Part shown: positions 13,050 to 25,950 of the stretch, piece after piece
Numbering within the stretch: position 1 is the first letter of the stretch
Layout: every line of letters begins with the position of its first letter
NCBI GenBank assembly: GCA_036785375.1
Contig: JAWMAR010000314.1
Coordinates: forward strand, 2,666,001 to 2,730,000
From: Leucoraja ocellata
Lineage: Eukaryota
Direction of reading: 5' to 3'
Length of the DNA: 64,000 nt
The notes under the pieces: generated by a model
The model's database searches: none
Seen by the model: the letters and a program-made list of their open reading frames with translations, nothing else
Told to the model about the DNA's origin: nothing
Program-made: the position numbers and the translations under genes

Positions 13050-13273
13050 CCAGGGCCTTGCCAACAGGACTATGGGCAGTAGCCATGATCATAAATTTAA
13101 GGATTCAGAACCTCCTCCAATGGGTCATCTGGTTAAAGGAGTGAGTCCGTCCATGCAGAAGCACACAGACCCTCCTCCTGATTGTTGCTCTGAACTAACT
13201 GACCTCCTAATCTGCCGTCAGAGGCAATCAGCCTCAGCAACTCGTGGTTTAGTGAGGGGAGGGGGGGTCAGAG

Positions 13274-13461
13274 NNNNNNNNNNNNNNNNNNNNNNNNNNN
13301 NNNNNNNNNNNNNNNNNNNNNNNNNNNNNNNNNNNNNNNNNNNNNNNNNNNNNNNNNNNNNNNNNNNNNNNNNNNNNNNNNNNNNNNNNNNNNNNNNNNN
13401 NNNNNNNNNNNNNNNNNNNNNNNNNNNNNNNNNNNNNNNNNNNNNNNNNNNNNNNNNNNNN
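13274..13461. other. Assembly gap (188 N) in the 3' region of copy A
   Basis: Run of N. Confidence 0.99.
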
Positions 13462-14998
13462 CGTGCACCCATGCGTGTACGTGTGCATGTACGCGCGTGC
13501 GTGCATGTCTGCAGTCAGGGTTTGTGCATGCACACCAAGAGGGCAGCCATTCAAAAGGGATTCTATGGTCAGGGCCTTATGGAGCCTTGTGTGGACTGGG
13601 TGAATACCTGAAGGCAAGATAGTTCCCCAATGGAGGGCGAGAGGGAGAGTTAGTTCAAATTACGGTAAAAGGTGGCAGAATCAAATAGAACATATTTTGC
13701 TTATGTGTAATGAATTATGTGTCATTTAAAAAAAAGATTTTCATTCAAATTGCTTTTGTTTTATAACATACACACTTGACAAGCTCTATAGAGTCGCAGG
13801 TTGTATTTTGTGGTTTAAGCATAAAATAGACCAGTGAAAATCCACTACAGGTATTGCATTTGTTACCAAATACCTTTGGAAGTGTCCCGACCCAAAATAT
13901 CACCGATCCATTTTCTCCAGAGATGCTGCCTGCCTGGCCCACCAAGTAACTCCCAGCATTTGCATTTTGTGTCGAAGTCCAGTAACTATTTTGAGTTTCT
14001 TTGAGTCTATATAAATCCTGAAGGATTCTGACAATTTAATTTTGGCTGCTGTCAATTTTTTACTTGGGGTATGCATTTTGTTTGCATTACGATTTTATCA
14101 TCTGGGGTATCTTAGAAAATTGATGTTTTGTTTATGTTCCCACACCTACTAGTGTGGTATGCACCAGGTTTAACAGAACTTCCCTCCCTTTCCATTCTAT
14201 CGTTGCAGAAGTAAAGTTTGGTCTTCCTGATCTGTGGCACAACTTTTGGTGATCGGTGTATCTCTTTGTTCACCCATCCTACCTTGCCTTCCAAGTCATA
14301 AATGGCCTCACACATCTTAATCAGATTGTACCTTGCATTTATCCGTTGTATCCTCCCCAAAAATCACCCTCACCTGACCCTCAAAATCTACTTTACACCC
14401 CTCCCTCCCTCGGAGCCCCTCATCCTTACCCTCCATTGTCACCAACTATTCCTGTCCCCAACCTCCATCCGCTGCACTCACTTGTATGTTAGGCTGAGAC
14501 ATTGAGGGCAGGAGACACACCGTGGTGTTTGGACGTGATGGGATGTAGAGAATCAACCAGGCTGGGGTCCAGGGGTGGGAGGGATGGGTGGGGGGAGTGG
14601 GATGGTATGGATAGGGTTGGTGCAGAGGTTGGGGAGTTTGATCGACATTGGTATCGAGAGAGCGTTGTGTGGTGGGGTTGTGGAAGTAAGCAACCCGCCA
14701 GATGCATCAGAAGCCACGTGTCATGTCCCCAAAGCAGGTAACACCTCTCCTACTAACACGGAGGAAGATCTCAACTGCACAGTGGGTCTTGTTGATACCC
14801 TTTGATGTGACCATGCATGTCGGGTTAGCTTCTACATATCACTAGTACATAGTAAAAATGTAAAGAATTATATGACACGTCCACTCACAAACTTTAGATT
14901 AAATCCTTTCATGTAGTGCAGATAAAACTGTGACAAGTTAATGAAGATTGGTGTGTTTTAAACAAAAACTTGCAACAAACTAAAAAGGCAAGTGGATA

Positions 14999-16297
14999 TC
15001 TATATTACTAAAAGTCTGATCTTGACCGCTTTTGGCTCACTTTGCTGTGATTTCCGAGAGAACGCCACCACCTGCAGCCGTGATTTTCGCTCAAAGCCCC
15101 CCTCTGCCTTCCTGGTCCAGAGGATTTTTCCCATCGATGAAAAATCAGAGAGATATTAATGCTTTTTTTTAAATTGCCATTCTCTCTGCTGCTCCTGCTG
15201 GAGGGAGGGGGAGGGACTATAAAACCAGGAAGTGGTATGCCTCACTCAGTCTCTGCAAGATGGAGGAAGCCAGAGGGTCACGTCTCTCTGAGCTCTGAAT
15301 AACACTGAACACATGTCTACTCAACTGTGAGTGCCTTAATGTGGTTTGAAAATGAAAATATGGTTGTTTGAAGTAAAAAGGCACTGCCTGCAAATGGTTG
15401 TTTGGTGGGTTTGGGGTTGAAGTGAAAAGGCACTACTTGCAAATGGCTGTTTGGGGGGTTTGGGTTGAAGTGAAAAGGCACTGCCTGCAAATGGTTGTTT
15501 GTCTAAACTTGACAACTTCCTGTTTGCACGATATTGATTTTGGTTAAAACGCTACCACTTACGGCTGTGACTTTTGGCCATCTTACTCAGTCCCCCTCCG
15601 CACATCAGGTGCAGAGGATTCTTCCCCTCAATGAAAAACAAAAGTGTATTAGTGTTTAAAATATGTTGAGAATCTCTCTCCTGTCAATCATGCCATGAAG
15701 GCCACACCTTTTCCGGTGGGAGGGAGAGGGATTATAAAACCCGGAAGTGTGGGTGTGGCTCAGTCTCTGCATGATGGGGGAGGGAGAGGTCACGACTCTG
15801 TCTGAGCTGTGAATCAATTGAACACACTGAATGTCTACTGAACTGTGAGTGTGGTGTTTTGTGTGGTTTTATGGTGGTTTTTACGGTGGTTTCACCCTGC
15901 TTGAAATAGTATGAAACTGCATTTGAATGTGGTGTTGTTGCATCCTGCATGAAATGGTATGAAACTGCACTTGAATTCGGTGGCCTTGCACCCTGCTTGA
16001 AATGGAATTTCAAGGAATAGCCGTGAGTCAACTGCCAGCCCACCAGCCGTGAGTGAGCTTCCAGCACATCAGGCTTGAGGGACTGTGCTGCCACTCCAAG
16101 AATCCATTTGGCCACAATGTCCAAACTAGCCTCTAGAGACCAGTAGTCCCTGCAGCCAACAACACCCATACCAGCGTTCCAGAAAGCCCCACCCCCACTG
16201 TGCACCAATATTGGAATTGGTGGAGAGGTGGAATATTGCGTTGAGGGACCAGCCCTCCGATGTGAACATAGGACCCAACGGGTCCCACTTAGTCTAG
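14999..16297 (+). mobile_element. Non-autonomous Helitron, same family
   Basis: a|tctatattactaaaagtc ... ggacccaacgggtcccacttagtctag|t; homologous to 6425-7940. Confidence 0.85.
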
Positions 16298-16629
16298 TAA
16301 TATATATATTTATAATAGAGCAGGTTGTGTGCGTTTGCTGCAGAAAGTGGGAGTTTGTGGATTTGGGATTGCCAACAGTCAACATTTCTACATTGTGAAT
16401 CGCACAGGATTATGAAGCTGGAGCGTGGCTGAAGACACGCAGCACATGAGCAAGGTGAAGAATGTCTGGACAATTTACGCAGGCTGGGAAAGTATTTCCA
16501 GTCGCACAGAGTAATGGCAGCCCACGGGAGATTAAACATTGTCCTCAAGAAACTGTCCAGCAATAGAACAAAGTGAGGACTATGATACTGTCAAAGGCTA
16601 AAACCGGAGATTACACACTGCTGCTCTGA

Positions 16630-16935
16630 AGGGTGGCGCAGTGGTTAGTGCTGCTGCCTCACAGCTTCAGAGACCTGGCTTTGTCCTGGTGCTGTCTGTC
16701 TGCAGTTTGCATGTTCTCCCTGTGGCTGCAAGGGTTTCTCCCGGATTCTATGTTCCCTCCCAAATCACAAAGACATGTTGACTGGCAGGTTAACATGACC
16801 CAAGTGTAAGTGTGAAACAGGAGATTTTATTTTTGGGAAGGTGAAGAGGAGAAGTTGTGAGAAGGATAATGGGATAATCATAGACGCATGCTTGATTGAC
16901 TCAATGGGTCAAAGGGCCTGTTTCCGTGCTGTATT
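16630..16935 (+). mobile_element. HE1/V-SINE-like tRNA-derived SINE
   Basis: Box-A-like ggtggcgcagtggttag head, V-SINE-like core, CR1-like 3' tail gggcctgtttccgtgctgta. Confidence 0.6.
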
Positions 16936-19900
16936 ATTGGAAAGAAGGGGAGCAAATTGTGGAATTAGTGCATGGCATCCTAAGGAATGGGGCCAATTAC
17001 ACAACCCAGGCATCAGCATGGTGAATCTCCTTTGGACCTCCATTTCTATATCATTTTTTGGTTAAAGGGACCAAACCTGTGCAAAATAATCCAAACTTGG
17101 CCTCACCAACATCTTGGAAAACAAGAACAAAACCTTATTATTCTTACCCTCCAACCTCTTTGCAGTAAAAGCCAACAAGCCATTTGCTTCTTAACTGCTT
17201 GGACCTGACTTCTATTTTATTTTGTGATTTATGCACAAGAACATCTGGATCCTACTGAACTTCACCTACATGCAGTCTCTCTCCTTTGTAGGCAATAATC
17301 CTCCTTTAGGCTCCTCTAACCAACGTGGATTACCTCACACTTCCCTGCAGTAAAATCCATTTGCCATTTTTTTTGTTGCCCAAATCACTTAGCCTCTCTG
17401 TATTCCCCTTGGTGGAATCACACACCATCCACTCCACCAGCCTTTGCATTCAACAGATCATTCTTTGCAATTTCAAGGTTTGCAATTTACATCATCATCT
17501 AAGTGATTCCACCACAAGATGTATGTTTCTCTCTCCCCCCCCCCCCTCCTCTTTCAGCATTTGCAGTGTCCATTCCTCCAGTTCCCACCAACCAGCCCCT
17601 CTTCTCACAATGTCACCTACTTTTCCCTTGCCAACCACATGCGTATACAACACTTGTCCCTTCACCTCTTCCCTTTGCACCATTTAGGAAAACAGTCTTT
17701 CCAGATGTAGCAGTGATTCACCTGCTCTTCTACCAATCTAGTGTGCTGCATTTGCTGTTCACTGTGTAGTCTCCGGAGAAACTATTTGCAGAGTGGATGA
17801 TTGCATTACAGAGCACCTGCGTTCACATGGCTTTGGGACCCTGAATATCCTGCTGCCTGTCACTTAATTTCCACATCCCAGTTCACTCTGACCTATCAGT
17901 CCCTGGCCTCCTGCATTGTTGCAATGAGGCCTGATGCAAGCGTGAGGTACAGCACTTCATCATCCACCTGGGCATGTTGTACTCTCTAGACAATATTGAA
18001 TTACACTGCCTCAGGTAACTTGATTTCCCTGTCTGCAACAGTCATCCATCTGTAGTATTGGCTCAGCTTGGTCTTATTTTCCTTTGTTTTATCTCCGGGA
18101 GTTTCCAGTCAAACTCCTCCCTGCATTTTGCAATTCCCAAATTCATTTGTTGTCCTCGTACCCACTCTCTAACTGCTCCCATTTACTCATTAACCTGGTA
18201 AACATGTTGACAGGAGACACGAGGAACTGCAGATGCTGCAATCTTGAGTAAAGCACAAAGTGTTGGAGTAACTCAGCAAGTCAGCCAGCATCTCTGGAGA
18301 ACGTGGACAGTCGATTGTTTGGGTCAGAACCATTCTTCAGATCAGTCTGAAGAATGGACCAGACCCCAGCCACCATCTATTCATGTCCTGCATCGAGATG
18401 CTGCCTGACCTGTGGAGTTACTCCAGCACATTACGCTTTAACCATATTTACAGCTTCTCTTCAAGGTCACCCCAGCTGTATCATGTCAGAAACAATCCCT
18501 CCCTGCAGCTTTGCAAGCTTCTAACAAAGTGTTATTGATCAGAAATATTGACTCTGTTTCTCTTCCCGCAGATGCGGCCTGATCTGCTGAGTGTTTCTGG
18601 CATTTTCTGCTTTTGTTTTAGACATCCATCAGATGCAGCTTATTGGTATTCGTTATTAATCCTTCCTTATTGTTTATGAATTTCACAATTTAGTTTTCCT
18701 CCTGTACTACCCATTGAAGGAAATGGAAGGTACAAAAATGTTCGTAGAATTAATTTCCTTATCTCTTGCGCTGTGTGTGAACTGATCATCGGAGGAAGTG
18801 CAAACCTGCTCTTTGCTTCATACCAACATTCCTTCCCTGATGAAACAGAGCAATTCTTTGCAGTTTTGAGCGTCAAGGTTCAAAGGTCATGGCCAATCGA
18901 ACAAAATATTGGAAGAAAACAGAAAATGCTGCACTGATTAGGCTACATCTGACCAAGGGGTTACAACCTGGAAAATTACCGTTTCTCTTTCTGAAGGTGT
19001 TGCCTGATCCGTTGAGTGTTTCCAATATATTGAATATATTTTTGAATATTTTTCGACCGGAAGAGTTACCATTGGTAACTTGGCCGATGTGTGGGGAAGG
19101 CAGGGAGCTGGTAGAGGGATGCAAATAAGTTAAACTAGTCGGCAAGAGTTTGGGAGGTGTATTATAATGTGGGATTATCCATTTAAGCAGAAAAGGCAGA
19201 ATATTGTTTAAATGAAGGGGACCTCAGTGCACTGAGGTAGCGAGGTATTTGTGTGTGTGAAGGTGAGAAAAGCAACGTGCAGCCACAACGGTTAATGGAA
19301 GGTTAGCCTAAGTGTGATGAAGCGTGAAATGTACTTCACAGTTGTTCCTGAGGGAGACTGCGATCATAGGAGTAGAAGTAGGCCAATCGGCCCATCGAGT
19401 CTATGCCACCATTCACTAGCTGCTGCACCGTCTGGTTGACGCAGTGTTGTTGCGGCTTATGTTGTAGCCCATGGCCAACAACACTTTCTTCAGGCCGCAC
19501 TTGGTCACTGTGGGGCTCCTTCATAACTTCATAGGTTCTAGGAGCAGAATTAGGCCATTCGGCCGATCAAGTCTACTTCACCATTCAATCACGGCTGATC
19601 TACCTCTCCCTCTCAACCCTATTCTCCTGCCTTCTCGCCATAACCTCTGACACCCTTAGGAATCAAGAATTTATCCACAGATTCACCACCCACTGACGAA
19701 AGGAATTCCTCCTAATCTCCTTTCTAAAGGTAGGTATTTTTATTCTGCTATGCCCTCTGGTTCAAGACTCATCCACTAATGGAAACATCCTTGCCACATC
19801 CACTCTATCCAGGCCTTTCATTATTCGTTAAGTACAGTGAGTACAGGCCCAGTGCCGTCAAACGCCCATCATATGTTAACCTAATCACCCCCGGGATGAT

Positions 19901-20300
19901 TTTCGAAAACCTCTCCAATGGCAGCACATTTTTCCTCAGATATGAGGGCCAAAATAATGACGAGGTCTCCCATGCAGGGAAGTCCTGGCCTGGGCACCCA
20001 GCAGGAGTGCAGGCTACACGTGATCACAGATCACAGACAGTCGGAAAAACACCCTCTGGATTTGTTATTCGAGGGGCAGCCAGAAGCAGGGGGCATCTCT
20101 CTGGAGGTTCCTGAGGGTCAGGTCTCCTGTCACAAACCCTTCTCTGCTCCTCCCTCGCACCACACCCGTCTTGCCTTTGAAACTTGTCCCAAGGGACTAT
20201 TCAGCTGCCTTGTGGGTCTGCAGACAGCTTTAGAGATACATGAACAGTGGCTGCAGGGAATACAGCCAAGGTCCATTGTCCAATGTGTGCCAGGCTCAAG

Positions 20301-23300
20301 ATTTTACTTCGGAGTCACGTGAGTGATTCCGTGAAGAACCCAGCTCTACTGCGCATGCGGCATTACGCACAGCTGTGCAGAACGCGGCCAGCGGGAGTCG
20401 GGCAGCTCCCGCATCCAAGGACGAGAGGTAAGTACTTACCTTAATCGGGCCTTGTGGTTTTTGCTCCAGGGGGAGCAAAGTAGAGAGGCATGGTGAGCGG
20501 CCCCGTTTCGACTCCAGCGTGGAGCCGACAGTGGACGGGGAAAAGGCGCTACCCGGACCGCAAACGCTGCGGACCACTGCAAGGAGCTGCGCTAATGCCG
20601 GTCCGCTGAACAGCTGTTTGGTAACAGCAGCGGACTGGCGGGAAGTTTTAAAAACCCGACCGGCAGCCCTGCAGACTCCTGACAAAGAGAATCGCCGCCC
20701 GGGAACCGCCACAATGCCGCCTGGAAAACGGCAGGCAGCCTCTACATACAGGTAAGAGAAAAATCTTCCCAATTCAACAGGTTCTACAGGAGCCAACTTC
20801 CTCCAAAACTGGAACAGGTTGGAGACAGAAAAAATAAGTATGTCTGTCTCCCCAAGCCAGAGGAGGTCATGGAGTTCACCTCCAGGAATAAAGGGGCACT
20901 GGCTGAATGCCAAGGGAGCTGACTCCTACCCCAGTGCTATTGCACTAGCCATCTCCCTTGTCGAGGGATTGATGCAACAGCGGAGTTTGAGCTATGCCTC
21001 CTCCAATTTATAGCACACCCTTTTGCTCCCTCTTTTGAGGCTAGCTAAGGAGGCCAGGGCTGGGCTGGCTTAAACGCTGGGCAGGCGGACGAGAACAGCA
21101 GTATGCCAGGGGAGCAGGATCAGGAAGAGCTACTGGGTGTCGTGGGCCACTACATGGCTCCTCCACGCGACCATCTTCCCAACAAAGCCCTGCAGGAGCA
21201 GGCCTTTCCAGAGGCAAATCCGCAGGCAGCTGGGTCAGCGGACTCGCAGACAAGCAGCGAATTCTACAGAAGGGTCAAGATGTTACCGCCTTTGCTCGTT
21301 TTTTCCACGGATTATACTCTCCCAGGATGAGACTATCCCATTGCACTACCAGGGTGCTGACGCCTAAGATGTTCCCAAATTTGGGATACTCGACTGAACA
21401 ATGGTGCATATAGACCTGCCCGCAACCCCAAATATATGGGGCTATGCAAACCGCTGCTGCGGGAAGAGAGGCAGCTAAACCTGTGCGCCTCATGAAGGCA
21501 GGCCATGGAACGAGCAGGACATCGCATCCAACACCCAGCTGGCAGCACCTCTCGGCATCCACCAGCGATATCAAACAATAGACTGGTGAAAGCCTGGCGA
21601 CCGCTTCACATTACCCCCAAAGTTCTTTTTAGACGGGGCCCAGAGCGGAGCCGTGGGAAGATGCGCCGCCCCACCGACAGCACCAGCATACCAGCAAACT
21701 ACGCCTTCATGAAAAAACAACAAACATGGAGGTAGGTAGTCTGGTTCCTCCCAGTTTACACTAAACAAGGGTGTTCTACTAACTGCGGGGGGGGGGGGGC
21801 ATTTACACTTGTTAATAAAGCATGGGATGCTGTCACAAATAACTAAAATATACTCAACAGTATTAGAGGATAAAAACGAATTCAAATTGGGCATATTACC
21901 GCCAGTTCAGCAATGCGCCCAAAGGGCACTTTCTCCCTCTAAGAAAAGAGAAGTGAGAAGGTCAAGCTGAACTAGAAAGGCTCATTACTAAACGGATCAT
22001 GGGAGTAAACATGAACCATTGGAAACTACAAAAGATGGTGAATGTAGCATCATCATTGATCTAATATCACTAAATAAATCTGTTGAGTATATATACACTT
22101 TAAGATGGAGATGGGTTTTTGTCACTGCCAGGCATCTGATCTCCCAAGGATACCTAAGGGGAGCATTGATATGGAAGATGCTAACTATCTTATACCCATA
22201 CACTAGGATCATTATAGATACCTAAAAATTTTACCTGGATAATGGATATCCCGGTTAGGGCAACCATGGGAGCATAGAGCAGTCCCTATGGTCTAACTTC
22301 TGCCCTAAATCTATTATAAATATCAAACGGCCATGAAAATATTAAGAAAACAAGCATAATCATGGCATATATTGGATGATATCCTCATATTAGGGGAAAC
22401 AAAGGAATTAGCTGTGGCAGCAGTTCTAGCTACGAAACAGCTCCCTAAGCTCTGAGGTTTATCCCACGCCCAGATAAACCAGTATTGAAGCGTTAACTAC
22501 CAAGGATTATCTGGGCTTCAATAATAATTCCGTCCATATGACTGTTACTTTGCCTAGGTACTTGGGTCACTATAATCAAATCATGAATGAACCCACTGAA
22601 GCTATATCACAACTAAGGTGGTGGGTAGACATCTATTTGGCATAGTTTTCAGCCCTATTATCATCACCAATCCCAATTTGGTTATTAAAAACCGACGCCA
22701 ATACTTTAGGCTGGGGAGCAACTAAACTCCATATCCAGCACAGGTAACAGATGGACCAATTCACAAACATCGTTACTACACATACCGGGCATCAACTACT
22801 TGGGATTGGTGAGCGCCTATTGGGCTAAAAAACATATGCATTTCAAATGCAGCACGTACATATGTGGTTACGGATTGATAATACTATGGTGGTGGCTTAT
22901 ATCAACCATATGGGGAGCATAATAATCATTGTTGTGCAACAAATTGGTCAAACAAATCTGGCAATGGTGTGTCAAAAGACATTTTAACTATCAGCTGCCT
23001 ATGTCCTAGGAAGCTAGAACACAGTGGGAGACACCAGGTCACGGGGTAAATTTATGATTACATTGAATAGATGTTAAACCCAAAATATCTGCTAAAGGTA
23101 TTAAGCAGTTTGATAGCCAGATATCAATTTGGTTGCACAAGAAGGAATCACCAGTAACCTATGTATGTGACTTGGGAACCAGATTAGAGGCAGCAGCGAT
23201 AGATGCCTACACGCTGGAAGGGGGAATTTCTGCTTTGCCTTCCTCCCTTCTGCCTCATCAGACGGGCACTTCGGAATACAGATGGGAGTCTCCGAGATAT

Positions 23301-25001
23301 TGAACGTGCCCGACCGGCCTACACAGCCATGGTTCCCAGTTCATCACGACACGGTGGGCGAGTCACCTATGGATTTCCCTAGTGGACCATGGTTGCTGAC
23401 TCAACCCAGTATCAGGCACAAGCCACCCATGCCAGGGAAACATCAAACTCCTGGGTGCAGGGTTTGAATAGACCTTACCAGGGACTGGGATTATCCAAGG
23501 GACCACCATGTCGGCATCCCTGCGAACAGTCACTAAAAGCTAACATGGGTAAAATACTGCCACGACGCAGGGACAACATACCGAATTATTCAACCACTGA
23601 CGTATTGGAGTTCCTGGAACATCTACACCATGACCAAAAGGTGAGTTACAATGCCGTAAATACAGCATGAAGCGCCTTATCTGCTTATCTAAAACAGCAT
23701 GACAGCGGAGCATGGGATCCCATCCACTGAAGGTAAACTTATGAAGGGCAACTATAATATAAGCCCCAAACACCCAGGTATATACCCATGTATGGGATAT
23801 TGGTGTGATATTGACATATCTCAGAGAATGACACCAGCCAGATCCCTCAGCTTGCTTAATCTATGTTTAAAAAACGCTCATGCTTATGGCTCTCGTACAC
23901 GCTCACAGAGTCCGGTCACTCCATAAACTAGACTAGATACATGGTGATTACCCCGGACGCATCACGTTCATATTTAGGTCTGGTAAAATCTAACTCGCAG
24001 GTATTTGGGACTAGGCGAGATTATGAGTTCGGCACGAACTAGTAGGGTCGAGATCGCCTGTGTTTTCCGTGCTGTAGTCGTTATATGGCTATATGGACCA
24101 GGAACGCCCAATTCACTGGTGGGGTTCCGGGCCTACCCACCAGAGTCCAGGTTGAGTGTGGTGACCCATCTACTACTATATATAGACACAACACACAATC
24201 TTAGAGGGAGAGGAAAGCCTATGGGTCAACCACAGTAACCCAAGACGGGGTACGAGCCAAACCACTCCAAGGTGGCTCAAACAGGTACTGAAAGCTGCCG
24301 GAATAGATAATAATACATTTAATCCCATTCCACTAGGGCAGCATTGGTATCAGCGGCTGAACGAATGGACATCCCGGTTGACCACATTTTCAATACAGCA
24401 GGATGGTCAAGGGAACGACGTTCTGAACATTTTTTATTATAAACCGTTGATAAACCTGATTTAATTGCAGGAGAATATTACAAACTGCAATATTAATTTA
24501 AGCTCAGAGGAGCTCTTTATGTTGTTATTGTTAACAAATACCTTTCTGTTTCTTTTGAAAGCAGATCCACTGGTTGATTACGATAACACTTCCTCCCTCA
24601 TAAACTTCGGCAGTGAGTGAAATAAAAACTGTTACACGGTTTGAAATCACAGACCTTTGAAGTCTTCACGGAATCACTCACGTGACTCCGAAGTAAAATA
24701 GTAGGATTAAACGAGTACTTACCAGTATGAAGTTTGATCTGTATTTTATGAGGAGTTACGATGAGGGATTACGTGCCCTCCGCTCCCACCCTCATTATAT
24801 AGATCAAACTAATAAACTGATGTCTCGTGATCTTTACTATCTTACTTCAAATATTGTGTCTATCCTGTGATTTCACACCGCTGCTTCGAAGTATGCCGCA
24901 TGCGCAGTAGAGCTGGGTTCTTCACGTAATACCTCACCGTAACTCCTCATAAAATACAGATCAAACTTCATACTGGTAAGTACTCGTTTAATCCTACTAT
25001 T
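20301..25001 (+). mobile_element. DIRS1-type tyrosine-recombinase retrotransposon, full structure, ORFs decayed
   Basis: Inverted terminal repeats (20330-20364 vs 24890-24925). Internal complementary region 24663-24775 matches both termini. Remnants: gag-like ~20500-21735, RT, RNase H (TDANTLGWGA ~22690; DNTMVVAYINHMG ~22875), MT-like (ALPPFCLI ~23230), recombinase (HRVRSL ~23900, HSTRAA ~24326, AGWS ~24398). Confidence 0.88.
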
Positions 25002-25520
25002 AACCCTCACTCACTAACCAGGGCCAGATTAATCCCACTCACTAACCATTGCCATTTAACCATCACACTAATCAGGGTTAGATATACCTAATTTACTAAC
25101 CTGGGCTAGATTATCCCTCATAGACCAATCAAGGCCAGAGTAGCACACTCACTCACTCACTAACCAAGTGTGGATTAACCATTCACTCACTCACCAACCA
25201 GGGGTCTAGATTGGCTATCGCTCATTCACTGACCTGGGTCAGGATTAGCACAGTCATTCATTAAAATCAGGATTAACCCGTAACCATGACCAGATTACCC
25301 CTCATTCGTTCAACAACCAGGGTCAGGGTTAAACCTCAATCATTCAATTACCAAAACCAAAATCAGCTTCAATTACTAACCTGGGCCATGATTAACCCCA
25401 CACATAAAATAGACTGGGTTTAATTGACACCGAGTTATTTATCTGGAATAGCCTGGCTAGTGACCAGGGCCAGATTACACATCCCCAGTCAGTAACCTGG
25501 GCTAGGTTGGACCCTCACGT
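25001..25520. repeat. Degenerate minisatellite (ctaaccagggccagattaacc-like); homolog at 30075-30300
   Basis: Repeated cactaacc/agggccagatta motifs; 25300-25500 aligns by eye with 30110-30290. Confidence 0.6.
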
Positions 25521-25950
25521 ACACATCTATCATTCATTCCCTTGTCTCCTGATCTGTGTATGAACTGATCATGGGAGGAAGTGAAAACTTGCTCTTTGGT
25601 TCATACCAGCATTCCTTCCCTGATGAAACAGGGCAATTCTTTGCAGTTTTGCAGTGTCACGGTTCAAAAGTCATGGCCAACTCACCAAAACATTGGAGGA
25701 AAACAGAAAATGCTGGACAGATTGGTCAGCATCTGACCAAGGGGTTTAGACCTAGAATATGACTGTTTCTCTTTCCAAAGGTGTTGCCTGATCTGTTGAG
25801 TGTTTCCAGCATTTTCTATTTTATTTTTCAATATTTATTTGACTGAAAGGTGTTGCATTTTGGAAAGTTTAACATGGGCAGGACTTACACAGTGAATGGT
25901 AGGGCTATGGGGAGTGTTGTAGAGCAGAGGGATCTAGGAGGGTAGGTACA

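Noticed and set aside
13039-13617. ORFs spanning the N run
   Set aside because: Artefacts of the assembly gap.
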